NCBI RefSeq assembly: GCF_000315625.1 | Contig: NW_005434612.1 | Location: forward strand, 205,038-269,037 | DNA from: Guillardia theta CCMP2712 | Lineage: Eukaryota; Protista; Cryptophyta | Length of the DNA stretch: 64,000 nucleotides | Reading direction: 5' to 3' | In this document: positions 61,331 to 64,000 of the stretch, piece after piece | How positions within the stretch are numbered: the stretch's first letter is position 1 | Layout of the letters: every line of letters starts with the position of its first letter | Translations under genes and position numbers: made by a program | The notes under the pieces: generated by a model | Told to the model about the DNA's origin: nothing | What the model saw: only the letters and a program-made list of their open reading frames with translations | Databases searched by the model: none

Positions 61331-62331
61331 ATGGGAGGAGAAGAGGACAATCGTCGCGCTGCGACGTTGCAGTTTGATCAGTTCCCCTTGTGGCTCAGGA
61401 AAGGACCGTGGTCACCCGCCGCGTATGCCTTCATCACGTTGGCTGTTGGGATATGGTTTTATCTTGCTCCTCGGGCTGTGGCGATGCTTCCTCCTACGCA
61501 ACTGTACGGTTCTTAGCGCGATTTCAACTCCTCTCGTTCTCTTGTTCTTTCTGTGTGCGCCCTGCACTATCGGTCACCTGCCTGTCTGTTTCTCCTTTGT
61601 TTACCAACCCCAGCCCTACCTTTCTTCTCCTCTTCCTTCTCAACCTGTATCCTTCCTTCAAAGCTTACTCGAACTCTCTCAGCATGATCACTCGTGCACG
61701 TTCATTGCATTGCACGCTGACTTGTCTTTGCAGGACCAGCGAGAGGGATCGCTGGATCTCTCTCGGCTGCTTCTTATGGTGCATGGTGATCATCGGGCTC
61801 CTCGTGTCTCGGGCTGGCGTATGGCCCATGTACACCTTCACCATGTGGTCCTGGGCCCTGATTGCCATTCGATTTCTTGCAATCTTTGTTGGAGAGAATG
61901 TTCCTATCATTCACTTTCTGGGCGAGTTTTCCCATGGGCCGGCTCTGATCAATGCTGTCATTGTCTTTGTGGTATGGTGGATGGTACTCTTCCCCATGAT
62001 CTTCTTTGTGCTCAAGAGCAAGAAGGACAGAGATTTCTTCTTCAAGTTCAACGCTTCCTTCAACCTCATCAACGTTCATGCAGTCAACATAGTGCTGGCT
62101 TACCTGATCAGAACCTTCATTCCTAGGAGTCTGGTCTTGTACGATCTATGGAGCACGCTCACTGTCTCTTTGTTCTACACTCTTCTCTACCTGTTCATCT
62201 TCGATATGAATGGGTATCACTTCTACATTATCCTGTCGCCTCGTACGCATTTCTGCTTTCTTAGTTATTCATTGATGTTGGGGATCATGGCCTTCATATA
62301 TTACTGCCTTGGCGGGAGATTTGAATTGTGA
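61331..62331 (+). CDS. Multi-pass membrane protein, FAR-17a/AIG1/ADTRP-like
   Basis: Two exons (intron ~61508-61733), six or seven TM helices. YTFTMW and INVHAVN place a Thr and a His as in AIG1/ADTRP; GYHFYIILSP near the C-terminus. Confidence 0.55.
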
Positions 62332-63539
62332 GTCCGGTGGGAAATGGTTCTTTGTGTCAAGTTCTATCTCCATGGTATCTCACGGACAATAATGCCGAAA
62401 AGTTTGTAGTCGCGTCACGGGATTCTAAGACGATTTTTGGTAAAAAACAATGCAGGAGTTGTTTGTCTTGGACACGTAATAAAGCAACTCAGCAGTCGGA
62501 TTCAACTCGCTGGAGTCACATAGAGCATCATTTTTGCTCTAATCCAAGATTGACTTTTCACAGAGTGGCATTTGAATAGACAGCGCCGTAATTGTCAATG
62601 TGCAGCTCTAATACAGCCGTCTGCTTTTTATCGATAGGAGAATGATACGATGTCGCAGACAGTTGCGAGTTTGGCCTAAATCATGATGATTGAAAGGTAT
62701 GCTTGGGAGGACCCTAGGAGAAGACTTTGGCTGTTTTTTTCCGATCCTTTCAAGCACATCACGCCATATCAAGACACATGTGGTGCCTCCTTCGTTCTTA
62801 TTTGTATATCTTTCCTAGAGTTATGTCGTTACCCACACGCTATTGCCTTTTTGTAGAAGGTAGACTTACGTTGAGGATGAGTTTCATGGAAAATCGGCAA
62901 ATCTCTTCACTTCAACAAAACAAAGCGATGCAGGAGAGAAAATTAAAAAACAATATCAAGATGATCCAGGGCGATCCACCCCAAACACCACCCCTCATTT
63001 GATGCACCCTACCCATCCCAGAACACGATCTGTTGTAACCACCCCGTCATGGAGCAACTATCTGTACACTAAAGAAGCAATAAAGAAAACTCACTGCTTT
63101 TGCTCACCGTATCGTAAACCAGAGCCTGCTGTTTTTGTCTCCCACCACAGCATGCAAAAAGCAGAGACAATGTGTCTTCCCTAAAGGTATGTCTGCTCTT
63201 AAACTGCTCTCTCTTCCTCTCCTCTGCTCCCTGCCATTCGGTCTCAACCGCCCCCGTCAGTCCGATCACATAACCGATTCATCTCAGTAAAGACTCACAA
63301 CCATTTGGACATGACTGGGGGACGTGACTCATGTTGGGGGACGTGACATTTTTTCCTCAATATTGTGCCTGTCGCGTCTCGTAGCCTCCGGCAAACAGCT
63401 GTCCCACCGGATCACGTTTTGTCCAAACATTTCCTGTAAATATTGAAACTTGAACAATTAATTTTCAAAGGAACAGTGGTAAATTTAAAGTCACGCGTAC
63501 CTAATATTTTTGCGTGCCCGTTGACCAGCAAAATCCTTT

Positions 63540-63995
63540 CCGCCTACCACCCCTACCCTGGGGTATGAGGCGTTTGAGTGGTAGTCGTAAGGGTGTGCTG
63601 ATTCCCCATGTCCCCTATCGATATAAGGGGGAATCTTATCTTCAGTACCCCCTACCCCTAGAACCATAACCGTACCCTACAGGATACCCACTGTTCCCCC
63701 ACCACCACCCACCATTTTATAACCTCACAAATTCCACAGATGTACCCCTACCCTCCTCTTATCCATGGGGTGCTCCGTTCTTATCTGCAACCTAGGCTCC
63801 GGAAAACTATACTTTTCGCAATATTTTCTTTCGATGAGACTTGAAACAAACAGCGATTGGATGCCATCTCATCTGAAAAAAGACTTTTTGGTTCAGATCA
63901 GTATCTTCCAAGAGTCATGATTTTGCGACGGTTTGAAGTAACCTCAGACCCCTACCCCCTGGTTTCCCAGTCCAAATATTAACAACTACCACCTT
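63540..63995. promoter_or_regulatory. Dense ACCCCTACCC / GTACCCC motif cluster
   Basis: CTACCACCCCTACCC, GTACCCCCTACCCC, GTACCCTAC, GTACCCCTACCC, ACCCCTACCCCC. Confidence 0.45.
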
Positions 63996-64000
63996 TATTT

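Noticed and set aside
62560-63300. Possible minus-strand spliced gene
   Set aside because: Some donor and acceptor-like sites exist, but I could not build a convincing in-frame model; left uncalled.

Overview
Eukaryotic nuclear DNA, gene-dense, with many GT-AG introns (mostly about 45-55 nt), microexons and microsatellite-inflated introns. There is one 100-N assembly gap. Intron style, RWP-RK paralogues and bipartite-type plastid leaders are consistent with a cryptophyte alga such as Guillardia theta (inference). I spliced about 23 protein genes by eye: an EF-hand protein running off the left edge, mTERF, a small Cys-pair protein, WW+SPAG7-type R3H, two near-identical RWP-RK genes, PAQR, a PH-domain protein, IQ/coiled-coil/MORN, a longin-like protein, a transmembrane collagen, a class I peroxidase-ankyrin fusion ending in SKM, UPF3, a histidine phosphatase, a SWT1-like PIN nuclease, CAF-1 p150, R2R3-Myb, PAM2+Mei2-RRM, PDZ/coiled-coil, a beta-helix protein with an RLRGG leader, C2+HEAT, a HIT-like protein, a DUF4262-like protein and an AIG1/FAR-17a-like membrane protein. 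The strongest unexplained signal is non-coding. Intergenic 'CCGG islands' are packed with short perfect palindromes, and a GGGGTAG/GGGGTAC motif clusters upstream of most gene starts. I could not support any rRNA, tRNA, CRISPR array or autonomous transposon. All exon models and counts are manual and approximate.
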